DNA from: Bryobacterales bacterium | GTDB taxonomy: Bacteria; Acidobacteriota; Terriglobia; Bryobacterales; UBA6623 | Length of the DNA: 64,000 bases | Direction: 5' to 3' | Assembly (NCBI GenBank): GCA_965203925.1 | Contig: OZ241924.1 | Span: 906,559-970,558, forward strand | Part shown: positions 20,076 through 28,888 of the stretch, one piece after another | Layout of the letters: each line of letters opens with the position of its first letter | Position numbering within the stretch: the stretch's first letter is position 1 | Made by a program: the position numbers and the translations under genes | Notes under the pieces: model-generated | What the model was told of the DNA's origin: nothing | What the model saw: only the letters and a program-made list of their open reading frames with translations | The model's database searches: none

Positions 20076-20794
20076 GGCTGCTTGCAATTCTGCTATTCGT
20101 CCTGCCGCTCGGGGCAGCTGACCAAGCGCTGGAAGCCAGGTGGAAGAGGCTGATGCGGCCCGACATCCGGGGAACGTTGACGATCGGCGACGAAGGCATC
20201 TCTTTCCGTCCCGCAGATCCGGACAAGCGCTCGCTCTCGTGGACCTTCGACGACGTGCAGCACTTCGCCCGCACGAGCGCGAGCGAGATTGCGATCCAAG
20301 GCTATGTCGATTCCATCGTGCGATTGGGGCGTGACCGCTGGCATCGGTTCGCCCTGACAGCGGACGGGTTCACCGACGAGCTTCACGCGCGGGTCGTCGA
20401 GCTCGTCGGCAAGCCCGCCACGGACCGCGTTCCCCGCAAGCCAACCGAGGCTGAGCTATCGATTCCTGCCAAGCGGATAAAGTTCCCGAGGGGCTCCCAA
20501 GGGACGCTCCACTTCACGGCACAGGCCATCGTGTACGAGACCGGTGCAAGGGGCCAGGCGCGCAGCTGGCGGCTGGACCGGGATGTGGACACTGTCTGGT
20601 CTTCCGATCCCTACCGAGTGGAAGTGCACGTGCTGGGGGGACGTGAAGCGTACCTCCGGCAAGGAGAGGTATACCGGTTCGCGCTCAAGCGACCGTTGGA
20701 CGCCGGCTACTACCAGCACTTGCGACTGAAGCTCTACCGCCTGAGGACTTCCCGCTGGGACGACAGGGCGGGCGAGCCCGGATCGGAGCCATAG
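20072..20794 (+). CDS. secreted hypothetical protein with two similar halves, translationally coupled to the RND pump
   Basis: ATG 20072 overlaps the pump stop (ATGA, read directly). Signal peptide MRLLAILLFVLPLGAADQ. Two related segments (RGTLTIGDEGISFRPADPDKRSLSWTFDDV and QGTLHFTAQAIVYETGARGQARSWRLDRDV) suggest a duplicated PH/GRAM-like module. Confidence 0.5.
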   Translation: MRLLAILLFVLPLGAADQALEARWKRLMRPDIRGTLTIGDEGISFRPADPDKRSLSWTFDDVQHFARTSASEIAIQGYVDSIVRLGRDRWHRFALTADGFTDELHARVVELVGKPATDRVPRKPTEAELSIPAKRIKFPRGSQGTLHFTAQAIVYETGARGQARSWRLDRDVDTVWSSDPYRVEVHVLGGREAYLRQGEVYRFALKRPLDAGYYQHLRLKLYRLRTSRWDDRAGEPGSEP

Positions 20795-21864
20795 CCGGGA
20801 GTGCCGGGCGAGTCTTGGCGCGCGCCCCGATCAGGAGCCGCGAGACTGGCGAAGAACCGCATCGCCTGCGTATGGGCCCAGAACCGATTCCGCCCCGAGG
20901 CCAAGAAGGCCACATGGCCGCCATGGGGAGGAGCGGCCAGCCTCAGCCACGGGTTGCTGCGCAATGCGGGGACATCGAATCCCTCGAACGGGATGAACGG
21001 ATCGTCCCGAGATTGGATCACCAATGCCGGCGTGCGTACCTCGTCAAGGTACCCCGCGGCGGAGCAGTTGCGGTAATAGTCGGCAGCGTCGCTGAAACCG
21101 AAGGCGGGCGCGGTGATGCCGTCGTCGAACTCCCAGATCGAAGCCGGCCTTGGCAGGGGACCGGGCGGGAAGAGATCCGGCATCGCCGCTCGCTTGCGCC
21201 GCATCGTGGCCCGCAGCTGGCGCAGGAATCGGCGCTCGTAGACTGCGTTTCGCGGCCGCCCAATGTTCCGGGAGCAGATGTCGAGACGGATTGGCGGTGA
21301 GATCGCGCAGATCCCGAGCACGTGCGGCGGAGGGCGGGCTGCCCATTCGCCGGCCAGTTTCAGGGCGATGTTGCCGCCCATGGAGAACCCCAGTATGAAC
21401 AGTGGCCTCGGAGAGAGCGCGCCGACCACGGCCCCCAAGTCGGACGTGAGCCCGGAATGGTACAGCGTTCGGCACAGATGCTCGGTACCACCGCAGTTCC
21501 TCACGTTCAGCCGTACGCAGTCAAAGCCGCACCGCAGCGCCGCCGCGACGGTTGTCAGCATGTAGGGTGCCCGGTCGCAGGCGGTGAGCCCATGCACGGC
21601 CAGCACGGTGGGTCGCTGCCGCCGAGAACCGGAACGCGGGAGGGTGTGCACTCGGGCCAATACCTTCGTGCCGGGCTCCGTGTCGAAGAGACGCTCAGCG
21701 TGGGCACGCTCGCGCGGACCAAGCCGGCGTGGCCAGTAGTGGGCCAGAATCGTCTGCAGGTCGCCCTGACGCACTAGCGGAGCGTAGGGCAGCTCCCAAT
21801 CGGCTCGTCGCGGGATCCGCGTCCGAGCGGCGAGCCCGCTTTGACGGACCTCAGCGACCGGCAC
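20734..21864 (-). CDS. alpha/beta hydrolase (YheT/ABHD1-3-like)
   Basis: PTVLAVHGLT...LNVRNCGG...YHSG...FILGFSMGGNIALK (GxSxG nucleophile elbow) and a late HGGH segment, typical of YheT-type hydrolases. Confidence 0.75.
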   Translation of the reverse strand: MPVAEVRQSGLAARTRIPRRADWELPYAPLVRQGDLQTILAHYWPRRLGPRERAHAERLFDTEPGTKVLARVHTLPRSGSRRQRPTVLAVHGLTACDRAPYMLTTVAAALRCGFDCVRLNVRNCGGTEHLCRTLYHSGLTSDLGAVVGALSPRPLFILGFSMGGNIALKLAGEWAARPPPHVLGICAISPPIRLDICSRNIGRPRNAVYERRFLRQLRATMRRKRAAMPDLFPPGPLPRPASIWEFDDGITAPAFGFSDAADYYRNCSAAGYLDEVRTPALVIQSRDDPFIPFEGFDVPALRSNPWLRLAAPPHGGHVAFLASGRNRFWAHTQAMRFFASLAAPDRGARQDSPGTPGYGSDPGSPALSSQREVLRR

Positions 21865-22423
21865 CGGCCGGCTCGGCGAGCAGCGGTTCCAGCTCCTTGC
21901 GGAGGTTGGTGACCTGGTCGCTCCAGAACGCCTGGTCCATCCCCCGGTGCTCGTGGCGGATCACACCCTCGCGGTCCACCAGCATCAGGTACGGGACGTA
22001 GGCCCGCGCCATCACAGAAAGGTCGGCGAACCGCATCCAGTCAGAGCGCGTTGAGACGCCCAGCGGAAACTCAACGGAGTGCTGCGACCGGAATCTCCCT
22101 ATGTTGCCCGGCGCACCCGGATTCACGGCCATGGCCATGATCTCGAAGCCCTTTCCGGCGAACTCCCGATACATCGGCCCCAAGGCCTCGCAGGTCTCCT
22201 GGCAGTGCGGGCAGTCGGTGGATATCCACAGTACCGCTACGACCTTGCCGCGCAGGTCGCTCAGCGACACCGACCCGCCGGTGGTCGTCGTGAGAGTGAG
22301 TTCTGGTGCGTTGCGCGGCACGCTGCCGGCCTCGGCTGGCGGCACGGCGAGCAGCAGGCAGGCCGCTGCAATGGCCACCGAGGCTTGGATGGAACGACCG
22401 ACGCCGCTTCCCATTCCCATCAT
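21851..22423 (-). CDS. TlpA/redoxin-family thiol:disulfide oxidoreductase
   Basis: DLRGKVVAVLWISTDCPHCQ (CxxC thioredoxin-fold motif). Start trimmed to ATG 22423 (MMGMGSG..AIAAACLLLAVPPAEA signal) with GGGGGAA upstream. Confidence 0.75.
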   Translation of the reverse strand: MMGMGSGVGRSIQASVAIAAACLLLAVPPAEAGSVPRNAPELTLTTTTGGSVSLSDLRGKVVAVLWISTDCPHCQETCEALGPMYREFAGKGFEIMAMAVNPGAPGNIGRFRSQHSVEFPLGVSTRSDWMRFADLSVMARAYVPYLMLVDREGVIRHEHRGMDQAFWSDQVTNLRKELEPLLAEPAGAGR

Positions 22424-22776
22424 CAGGTTCCCCCAAGACCGCAGACTGGCGGGTTTGATCCGACAGCCCAGATCGGAGGATTCGCAGTTTATCACAGGCG
22501 GAGCGCTGCGGCGCCGGCACGCCTCAGAGAGCGCAAGAAGGCCCTGGGCTCGCCGACGACCGCGGCGAGAACAGTCTACGGGCCCTATCGCGAACGGCAT
22601 CTCTGGACCGAGAGAATCCCGCGACACGCTCTCGCCAGTGCGGCAACTCGTCACAAGGCCGCACGCTGTAGGCCGACTTGCCGGGCAACCGTTCAGCGGC
22701 GGCCGAAGCGACCGGCGCCGCCCCCCTTTAGGGTCAGCCTGAAGCGCGGCGACACGTGCGAAGCGTCGACTGGGCG

Positions 22777-24657
22777 CTACCTCGAGACAACGGACTCGGC
22801 GTAGAGCAGCTCTCCGGTCAGGCCGTCGTAGTACTGGAACACCGCTTGGGGATTCTCGAATGCAACCCAGCGATCAACGCCCTCGACGGGGTTGTTGAAT
22901 GTGTTGTTCACCTGCACGACACAGTAGATCGGCCTGCGCCGGAACTCGTTCGGGGTGTCATTGACCATGAAGCTCGACCAGCGGATCTCCGTCTCGCGGC
23001 CGAACGAGTCGTACATCCCGGACTTGGGGCGGTTCCCCTCCGAACGCAGCGGGTGGTTGACAGAATTGTGCGGGCCCGACGCGAACTCCCAAACGCGGTC
23101 CGTGAGCTTGATGGCGAAGCTGTTGTGCAAATCTCCCGTCAGCACGAAGACGGGCTTGCCCAACTCGTCCCAGAAGTTGATCATGTCCTCGCGCTCCCAC
23201 AGGAACGCCGTCCAAGCATCGTCCTTGTTTGTCTCGGAGATGTTCGCCGTGCCCGTGCCGCCAACGTGCGAAATCGAGAAGTTGACCGACGAGACGATGA
23301 AGAAGAAGTCCGCGTCAGACTCCTGCATGGTCTGTTTGACCCAAGCCTTCTGGCGCTCTCCAAGCATGGTCCGGCCGACTCTGCCGCGGTCCTTGGTGTC
23401 GTGCATCATGCGGTACGAACGCGTGTCGACATACAGGAATTCGGCGTTGGAGATCCGCCGGCTGAAGTACGAGCGACGGCCGATGGAAAAGGTCTGCTCT
23501 CCGTCCGCGACGGCCTCGGGGCGGATGCGCAGGCGATTGGCGTCCAGAACCTCGACCACTTCGTACACCCTGGAGTTGACATCGCCGCCCTCGTCGTCGG
23601 GATCGCTGCCGTCCGGATTCGGGTCCAGGAGCATCTCGCCCCAGTCGGGAGTGCCCCAGTGCACGTGCAGGGTCGATCCTGCGTCGAGCCCTGTGAAATC
23701 CGCCTCCGCGTCGGTGAGGATGTCGCTGCCGGCCTGCAGCTGCGCACGTCCGTAGACGATCTCGGGAGTCTCTGGCACCTCGTTGCTCCAGCCCAAGTAG
23801 TCGTACCAGGCGCGTGTCCCGACATCCCGGAACACGGCCCTGCGGTTGCGGCGTCCGACCTCCCCGGCACCGTAGATGTCGTTGAGCAGCTCGTGGTCGT
23901 CGAAGGTGTAGTAGGACGGCACGTTGCGATGCCACGCCCGCAAGTTGGCCCCCGTCTCGTAGAAGTTCTTGTAGTTTTCCCAGACGCCGACGATGGACGG
24001 CATGAGCTGGACTTCGCGCGGCGTCGCGGAGGCGTCGGTCCCGGTCTGCTGGCGCCACTCATCCACCGTGTAGCCGCGTGTGGCGTTCTCATACAGCCAG
24101 TCCCCATTGAGGATGGCGAAGTCCAGCAAGCTATGAGCGTCATTGCGGACGAGCGTCCTCAACATCGTGCCGTGCGTTAGTAGGGCAGGGCCGATGGAGC
24201 TGCCGCCTGAGTTCTGGTTGTTTCCGCAGGCGAACTCAAATCGGAAGTTGAACAGGCCGTCCGGGTTGTAGTCGCCGGCCATTGCGGCCGGGTCGGGCAG
24301 GGTGTGGAACGATCCGGACCGCTCAGGGTCGCCGGCCGGAGCTTCGCCCGTGGCAACCTCGTAGTAGTACTTGGTGCCGGCCTGGAGTCCGTCCAGCAGC
24401 GTCCAGCCTGTGTTGTCGTCCGCCAAGCTTGTCGTGCCGCTGGCGGTCATTTCTAGCTCTCCTGGCGCTGTGCCGTAGAAGACTGTGAAGTCTCCCGAGC
24501 TTGAGGTGCGTGCCCACACCCCGACGTGCGTTTGGCCAAGGCGTCCGAGGACCGGGCCGTGGGTAATCCGCAGCTGGTCCGAGGATGGTCCGGGGCCTGT
24601 GGCACAGGCCAGAAGAAACAGCGGGGCCAAGCCCGCAAATGCACCGATCCGTCTCAT
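22777..24657 (-). CDS. PhoD-like alkaline phosphatase/phosphodiesterase lipoprotein
   Basis: Lipobox LFLLAC. N-terminal FnIII-like GLQAGTKYYYEV. Metallophosphoesterase motifs GDWLYE, FDDHE, IVSSVNF and LTGDLHNSF. Confidence 0.8.
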   Translation of the reverse strand: MRRIGAFAGLAPLFLLACATGPGPSSDQLRITHGPVLGRLGQTHVGVWARTSSSGDFTVFYGTAPGELEMTASGTTSLADDNTGWTLLDGLQAGTKYYYEVATGEAPAGDPERSGSFHTLPDPAAMAGDYNPDGLFNFRFEFACGNNQNSGGSSIGPALLTHGTMLRTLVRNDAHSLLDFAILNGDWLYENATRGYTVDEWRQQTGTDASATPREVQLMPSIVGVWENYKNFYETGANLRAWHRNVPSYYTFDDHELLNDIYGAGEVGRRNRRAVFRDVGTRAWYDYLGWSNEVPETPEIVYGRAQLQAGSDILTDAEADFTGLDAGSTLHVHWGTPDWGEMLLDPNPDGSDPDDEGGDVNSRVYEVVEVLDANRLRIRPEAVADGEQTFSIGRRSYFSRRISNAEFLYVDTRSYRMMHDTKDRGRVGRTMLGERQKAWVKQTMQESDADFFFIVSSVNFSISHVGGTGTANISETNKDDAWTAFLWEREDMINFWDELGKPVFVLTGDLHNSFAIKLTDRVWEFASGPHNSVNHPLRSEGNRPKSGMYDSFGRETEIRWSSFMVNDTPNEFRRRPIYCVVQVNNTFNNPVEGVDRWVAFENPQAVFQYYDGLTGELLYAESVVSR

Positions 24658-25097
24658 GCAATGGAGAGATTAGCAGACCTGTCCCGGGCCGCCGTGCCAA
24701 GCGGCAGGTGCCTCCCGCTGGCAAGTTCCTGAACAATCCGGGCGTCGCCTTGCAGGAAGTCGTAGGCGGGCAGGCTCCGGGGATTCGCCCAGCGAGCGTC
24801 CCAGAACTGGGAAGCGTCCATTCGCCCCTCGTATGCGGGAACGTGGAAGAAGACAAGGGCAAGGGGCGCCTTTCCCGGATACGCGAACTCGTACTGTTGG
24901 ACCTGCCGGACGGACCTCGGCCGAATACCTAACTCCTCGCTGAGCTCGCGGGCCAGGGCGGCGGGAGCCGATTCCCCCGGCTCGACCTTGCCGCCCGGGA
25001 ACTCCCACTTGCCGGGATGGGACTGGTCCGCGCGCCGCCTGCAGGCCAGGATGCGGCCGTCCTCCCTCGTGATGAGCGCCGCGACGACCGTGGTCAA
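24654..25097 (-). CDS. NUDIX hydrolase (MutT-like)
   Basis: Nudix box GKWEFPGGKVEPGESAPAALARELSEELGI. Proposed TTG start at 25097 overlaps the AlkA stop (TTGA) and follows AGGAAAGGGGG. The stop overlaps the PhoD ATG (ATGA). Confidence 0.7.
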   Translation of the reverse strand: MTTVVAALITREDGRILACRRRADQSHPGKWEFPGGKVEPGESAPAALARELSEELGIRPRSVRQVQQYEFAYPGKAPLALVFFHVPAYEGRMDASQFWDARWANPRSLPAYDFLQGDARIVQELASGRHLPLGTAARDRSANLSIA

Positions 25098-25729
25098 GCC
25101 CCCTTTCCTCCGGGATTGGCGTCCAGGCTCCGCCAGCAATACCAGCAGGCTACGCTCGCAAACGGCCGCCAGGGCGCTGCGAGCTTCAGCACTTGGGCCT
25201 TCGTCGGCAAATGCTCGAGGCCGTGAAAGCTCCGAATGGCCTGGCGCACGCCCAGATCGGAGTGCGCCAGCACGTCCGGCCTGCCCAGAGAGAAGATCAG
25301 GAACATGTGCGCTGTCCACTCTCCGATGCCGCGCAACCGCACTAGGCGGGCCACTACGTCCGAGTCGTCAAGGTCCTGTAGGCCCGAGAGATCTAAGTGA
25401 CCGCCGGCCACTTCGACGGCCAAGCCCATCAGATACGAGGCCTTGCGGGCCGAATACCCGAAGGTCCGCAAATCGGCTTCGCCGCAGGCCCGCACCGAGG
25501 CCGGAGTGATGCCGGCGCGGCCTACACCACGCTCCAAGCGGCCAAGTATGGACCGGGCGGCCGCGCCGGAGATCTGCTGCGACGTGATCGAGGCCACCAG
25601 CATCTGGAACGGATCGGGCCGCACTTTGAGCTCGCAGGGCCCGTGGCTTTTCACCAAGCGGCGCATGTGCGGGCAGTTGGAACGGAGGTGCCGCTCCGCT
25701 CGGCGCAGCATGGTCCCGAAACCGGTCAT
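25094..25729 (-). CDS. DNA-3-methyladenine glycosylase II family (HhH-GPD, AlkA-like)
   Basis: QQISGAAARSI..., LVRLRGIGEWTAHMFLIFSLGRPDVLAHSDLGVRQ (HhH-GPD with catalytic Asp context). ATG 25729 overlaps the upstream stop (ATGA). Confidence 0.75.
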   Translation of the reverse strand: MTGFGTMLRRAERHLRSNCPHMRRLVKSHGPCELKVRPDPFQMLVASITSQQISGAAARSILGRLERGVGRAGITPASVRACGEADLRTFGYSARKASYLMGLAVEVAGGHLDLSGLQDLDDSDVVARLVRLRGIGEWTAHMFLIFSLGRPDVLAHSDLGVRQAIRSFHGLEHLPTKAQVLKLAAPWRPFASVACWYCWRSLDANPGGKGA

Positions 25730-26664
25730 CGAATCCTCACCTGAGCCGGCTCCAGCCCGTCGGCGCGGTAGGCCAGCAGCAACGCTCCCACAGCCCCGTC
25801 GTGCGACGGCTGCCTGATGGGACACCCGAGGCCGTCACAGCTCAGCTCGAATCGCTTCATCACCCAGCGGCTGCGAAACACACCCCCGAGAGGATAGACC
25901 GTCAATCCGAGGCCCGCAGGGTCCACCTGCTGGATCGAAGTGTTGGCCAGCGCCGAAAGCGACTCCGCACACTTCCTCAGAATCCACCTTGACGCCTTGT
26001 CACCGCCCTCGGCGAGCTCGTCCACGCGGCGGGCCAAGCCCGCCACGCGGGGGCGCGGCCACTCTGGGGTGTAGAAGCGGTGCAGCACCTCCAGCAGTCC
26101 CGAGGATCCTGTCTCTTGGAGGAACATCTTCTTCAGTTCCGCCGGCTCGGGCTCTCCCCAACCCTCTTCCCATGCCAGACAATTCCGCATGGCCAATCGG
26201 ACGATGTGAAAGGCGGAGCCTTCGTCGCCGAAGATGTAGCCCCACCCTCCACTCCGCGCGATGCGCCCGTTGCGACCTCGGGCAACGGAGATTGCACCGG
26301 TCCCGGCGATCACGACTACGGCAGGCTGGCCCAAGGCAGCGCCCTCGAGAGCAGCTTCCGCGTCGGTCTTCACGGTGATGGTCTCGGCGGCCAGCAGCTC
26401 GGACACGATCCTGCGCTTGTCGTCCGGCCCGCCGCTCATTCCCAGGCATGCCCCACGCAGGCGCACAGATGGTTCGAAGCCGGCCTGTGCCAGCGCTCCT
26501 CCGACGGATTCGGTGATGGCCCTGCGGAGGCGCGCCTCTCCTTCGGCATGCGCGGCATGGTTGCACGGGCCCCCGCTGCCCCGACCGAGCAGCCGTCCGG
26601 AGTCGTCGGCCACTACAGCCCGCGTGTGGGACTGGCCCCCATCCACTCCAACGTACAGGCGCAT
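25726..26664 (-). CDS. BadF/BadG/BcrA/BcrD-type ATPase (N-acetylglucosamine-kinase-like)
   Basis: MRLYVGVDGGQSHTRAVVADDSGRLLGRG and VIAGTGAIS motifs of the ASKHA sugar-kinase family. Confidence 0.7.
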   Translation of the reverse strand: MRLYVGVDGGQSHTRAVVADDSGRLLGRGSGGPCNHAAHAEGEARLRRAITESVGGALAQAGFEPSVRLRGACLGMSGGPDDKRRIVSELLAAETITVKTDAEAALEGAALGQPAVVVIAGTGAISVARGRNGRIARSGGWGYIFGDEGSAFHIVRLAMRNCLAWEEGWGEPEPAELKKMFLQETGSSGLLEVLHRFYTPEWPRPRVAGLARRVDELAEGGDKASRWILRKCAESLSALANTSIQQVDPAGLGLTVYPLGGVFRSRWVMKRFELSCDGLGCPIRQPSHDGAVGALLLAYRADGLEPAQVRIR

Positions 26665-26679
26665 GACTGCCGCTCGATC

Positions 26680-27210
26680 CTAGGCCGCCAGTGCGCGGCG
26701 GTGGCAGTAGCGCATCAGGAGAACCCATTCCCGCATCTGGCGCTCGCGGAGCCGGGCCTCGCCTACGCCCCCGCGGGCTGCGGCCCGGCACTGGTCGATG
26801 AAGTCGAAGGGATCCCAGCCCCTCGCGGATTCGGTAGCCAACTGGTCCAGCACGGGGTGTCTGCCGACCCGACGGAACCAGTACTTGGCATTGCTCCAGT
26901 CCCCCTCTTGGCGGTGCATGATGCCGTGCCAATAGCTCCCGGATGTCGTGTGGATTCCCTGCGAGATCGTGTGCGACTCGTCCAGCGCCGAGAAGTAGAG
27001 CAGGAGCCCGGCGTGCACGCAGCGGGCAAAACCTCGGCTGCGGATCGCACCCTGAGGGAACAACCGATCGGTCTTGAGCTTTCGCAGTTCCGCGAGTTGG
27101 GGCACTTCCGCCGGTGCCGAGGGCACCAGCGGCATGGAGTGCAGCCTGTCGCCTTCAGCCGTCAGGAGCGCTTGAATGGGCTCGGTGAATTCCCTCACAC
27201 CAACGGTCAT
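26680..27210 (-). CDS. conserved hypothetical protein
   Basis: 176 aa. SYWHGIMHRQEGDWSNAKYWFRRVGRHP is a motif I recognise from uncharacterised bacterial proteins. No function known to me. Confidence 0.5.
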   Translation of the reverse strand: MTVGVREFTEPIQALLTAEGDRLHSMPLVPSAPAEVPQLAELRKLKTDRLFPQGAIRSRGFARCVHAGLLLYFSALDESHTISQGIHTTSGSYWHGIMHRQEGDWSNAKYWFRRVGRHPVLDQLATESARGWDPFDFIDQCRAAARGGVGEARLRERQMREWVLLMRYCHRRALAA

Positions 27211-27613
27211 CGCGCCCTCTACCGTACCGGGCAGCCCGGGCGGCGGTCAACGGGCGCCCATCGCAACAGGGCGCGCGTGCGCCCGATGCGACGGAAGCGG
27301 CGGTTAGCACGGGTGCGGGGTTTCTCGCAGGGCTTCTCCGCCGCACTTGGCAGCCCGAAGCGACGAACCTCGTCGACGGGAGAGACCGCGCGGCTCCGGC
27401 GGCGCGCGGGCGTACTGCTGCAGCCTCCGGTGACGACCCCTGCGGGTTGTTCCCGGCAGCGTGCACACTGCCAGAGGCGCACGCCCTCCTCAACGGCAAG
27501 TCGCACTTGGGATCGGAGCCGCTGGAGAGGCGCTTGGCGCGGTTCGGGGCCAGCAAGAAAAGGAGTAGCCGCCCTCTGTCAAGGGTGCAGGACGCGGTCC
27601 CGACGATCCCGGC

Positions 27614-28885
27614 TCAGGGCAGGCTTGGTACTGATGCAGGCTGGAGCGCCGGCAGCAAGGTCAGCGCCGCGAGCAGGACGGCAAGCGCAACCGTTACGGC
27701 TGCAGATGCCCAAGCCAGCACATTGTAGAGCGGCCCGTTGGTCCACTCGTGCATCAGCTCGCGCCGGTTGACCAGCACCAGGACGATGACCATGACAACG
27801 GGCAGCAGCACGCCGTTGAGCACCTGCGATAGCAGGATCATCGGAACAATGGGCAGGCCAGGGATCAGGACGACACCCGCCCCAAAGGCAATCAGCAATG
27901 TGTACAGCCAATAGAACGAGGGTGCCTCGTCGAAGTCGTTGTCCACGCCGGACTCCAAGCCGAGGCCCTCACAGACGGTGTAGGCCGTGGACAGGGGCAG
28001 AATGCTCGCCGCAAACAGGGAAGCGCACAGCAGGCCTCCGGCAAACAGGGCATAGGCGGAGCCGCCCAGTGGCCGCAGGGCCTCAGCTGCCTCCGCGGCA
28101 CTCTGGATCGGCCTCGGGCCGTTCTCCCAGATCGCCCCCGCGCACGCGACGATGATGAAGAACGCTACCGCGGCCATGACGATGCATCCCACGACCACTT
28201 CGATACGCGTGTCTCGGTACTGCGTTGTGTCGATGCCCTTCTCCACGACGGCTGCCTGCAGGTAGAACTGCATCCATGGCGCGACGGAGGTGCCGACCAG
28301 CCCGACCAGCACGGTGACGTACGGAAGATTCGGCAGCAGCACCGGCCGTACCGTGCTGGCCAGAGCGGCGTCCCAGTCGGGCCCGACGAGGATCGCGGAA
28401 ACCACGTAGGCCACGTAGAACCCGCTGGCCACTAGAAAGACCTTCTCCACGCTCTGGTACGTGCCCTTGACCACAAGGCCCCAAACCAGCAGCGCCCCCA
28501 GCGGCACCGAGATGTAGCGACTCACAGGCAGCAGTTCCATGGCGCCGGCGATTCCGGCGAAGTTGGCGGCAACATTTGTGAAGTTGACCACCAGCAGAAG
28601 CCCCATCACGACCACCGTCATGCGCAGCCCGAACTCCTCGCGGATCAGGTCGGAGAGACCCTTTCCGGTGACCGCGCCCATGCGGGCGCACATCTCCTGG
28701 TTGACCACCAGCAGGAGCGTAATGGGGATCAAAGTCCACAGCGGGACGTACCCCCAGCGCGCACCGGCCTCGGAATAGGTGAATATCCCGCCCGCGTCGT
28801 TGTCGACCATCGCGGTGATAAAACCCGGCCCAAGCACGGCCAGGAAGGCGGCTGCGCGGCCGCGCAGACCCTTCAGGAGGGGCAT
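27614..28885 (-). CDS. NRAMP/SLC11-family transporter with NRMT-type (Mg-transporter-like) binding-site substitutions
   Basis: GPGFITAMVDNDAGGIFTYSEAGARWGY aligns with the canonical GPGFL..IDPGN..AGA.FGY. About 11 TM segments. The canonical DPGN reads DAGG (aa 30-33) and the canonical MPH reads APW (aa 202-204). Confidence 0.8.
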   Translation of the reverse strand: MPLLKGLRGRAAAFLAVLGPGFITAMVDNDAGGIFTYSEAGARWGYVPLWTLIPITLLLVVNQEMCARMGAVTGKGLSDLIREEFGLRMTVVVMGLLLVVNFTNVAANFAGIAGAMELLPVSRYISVPLGALLVWGLVVKGTYQSVEKVFLVASGFYVAYVVSAILVGPDWDAALASTVRPVLLPNLPYVTVLVGLVGTSVAPWMQFYLQAAVVEKGIDTTQYRDTRIEVVVGCIVMAAVAFFIIVACAGAIWENGPRPIQSAAEAAEALRPLGGSAYALFAGGLLCASLFAASILPLSTAYTVCEGLGLESGVDNDFDEAPSFYWLYTLLIAFGAGVVLIPGLPIVPMILLSQVLNGVLLPVVMVIVLVLVNRRELMHEWTNGPLYNVLAWASAAVTVALAVLLAALTLLPALQPASVPSLP

Positions 28886-28888
28886 CTC

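Noticed and set aside
22756-24180. Long antisense ORFs opposite clear genes. Examples: 22756..24180(+), 30178..31638(+), 31630..33204(-), 42596..44347(-), 52165..53409(-), 55931..57244(+), 63148..63891(-), 9777..10859(-), 17292..18296(-), 40202..41419(+)
   Set aside because: Each lies opposite a gene with strong family motifs. Their translations are Arg/Gly/Pro/Ala-rich with no recognisable domains. Stop-poor antisense frames are expected at this G+C.
27219-27506. 95-aa Arg-rich ORF with a CARC motif in the 400-bp gap between the conserved hypothetical gene and the Nramp gene
   Set aside because: About 25% Arg with no hydrophobic core. It looks like a high-GC artefact. The gap is more likely a terminator/promoter region, though I could not define either.
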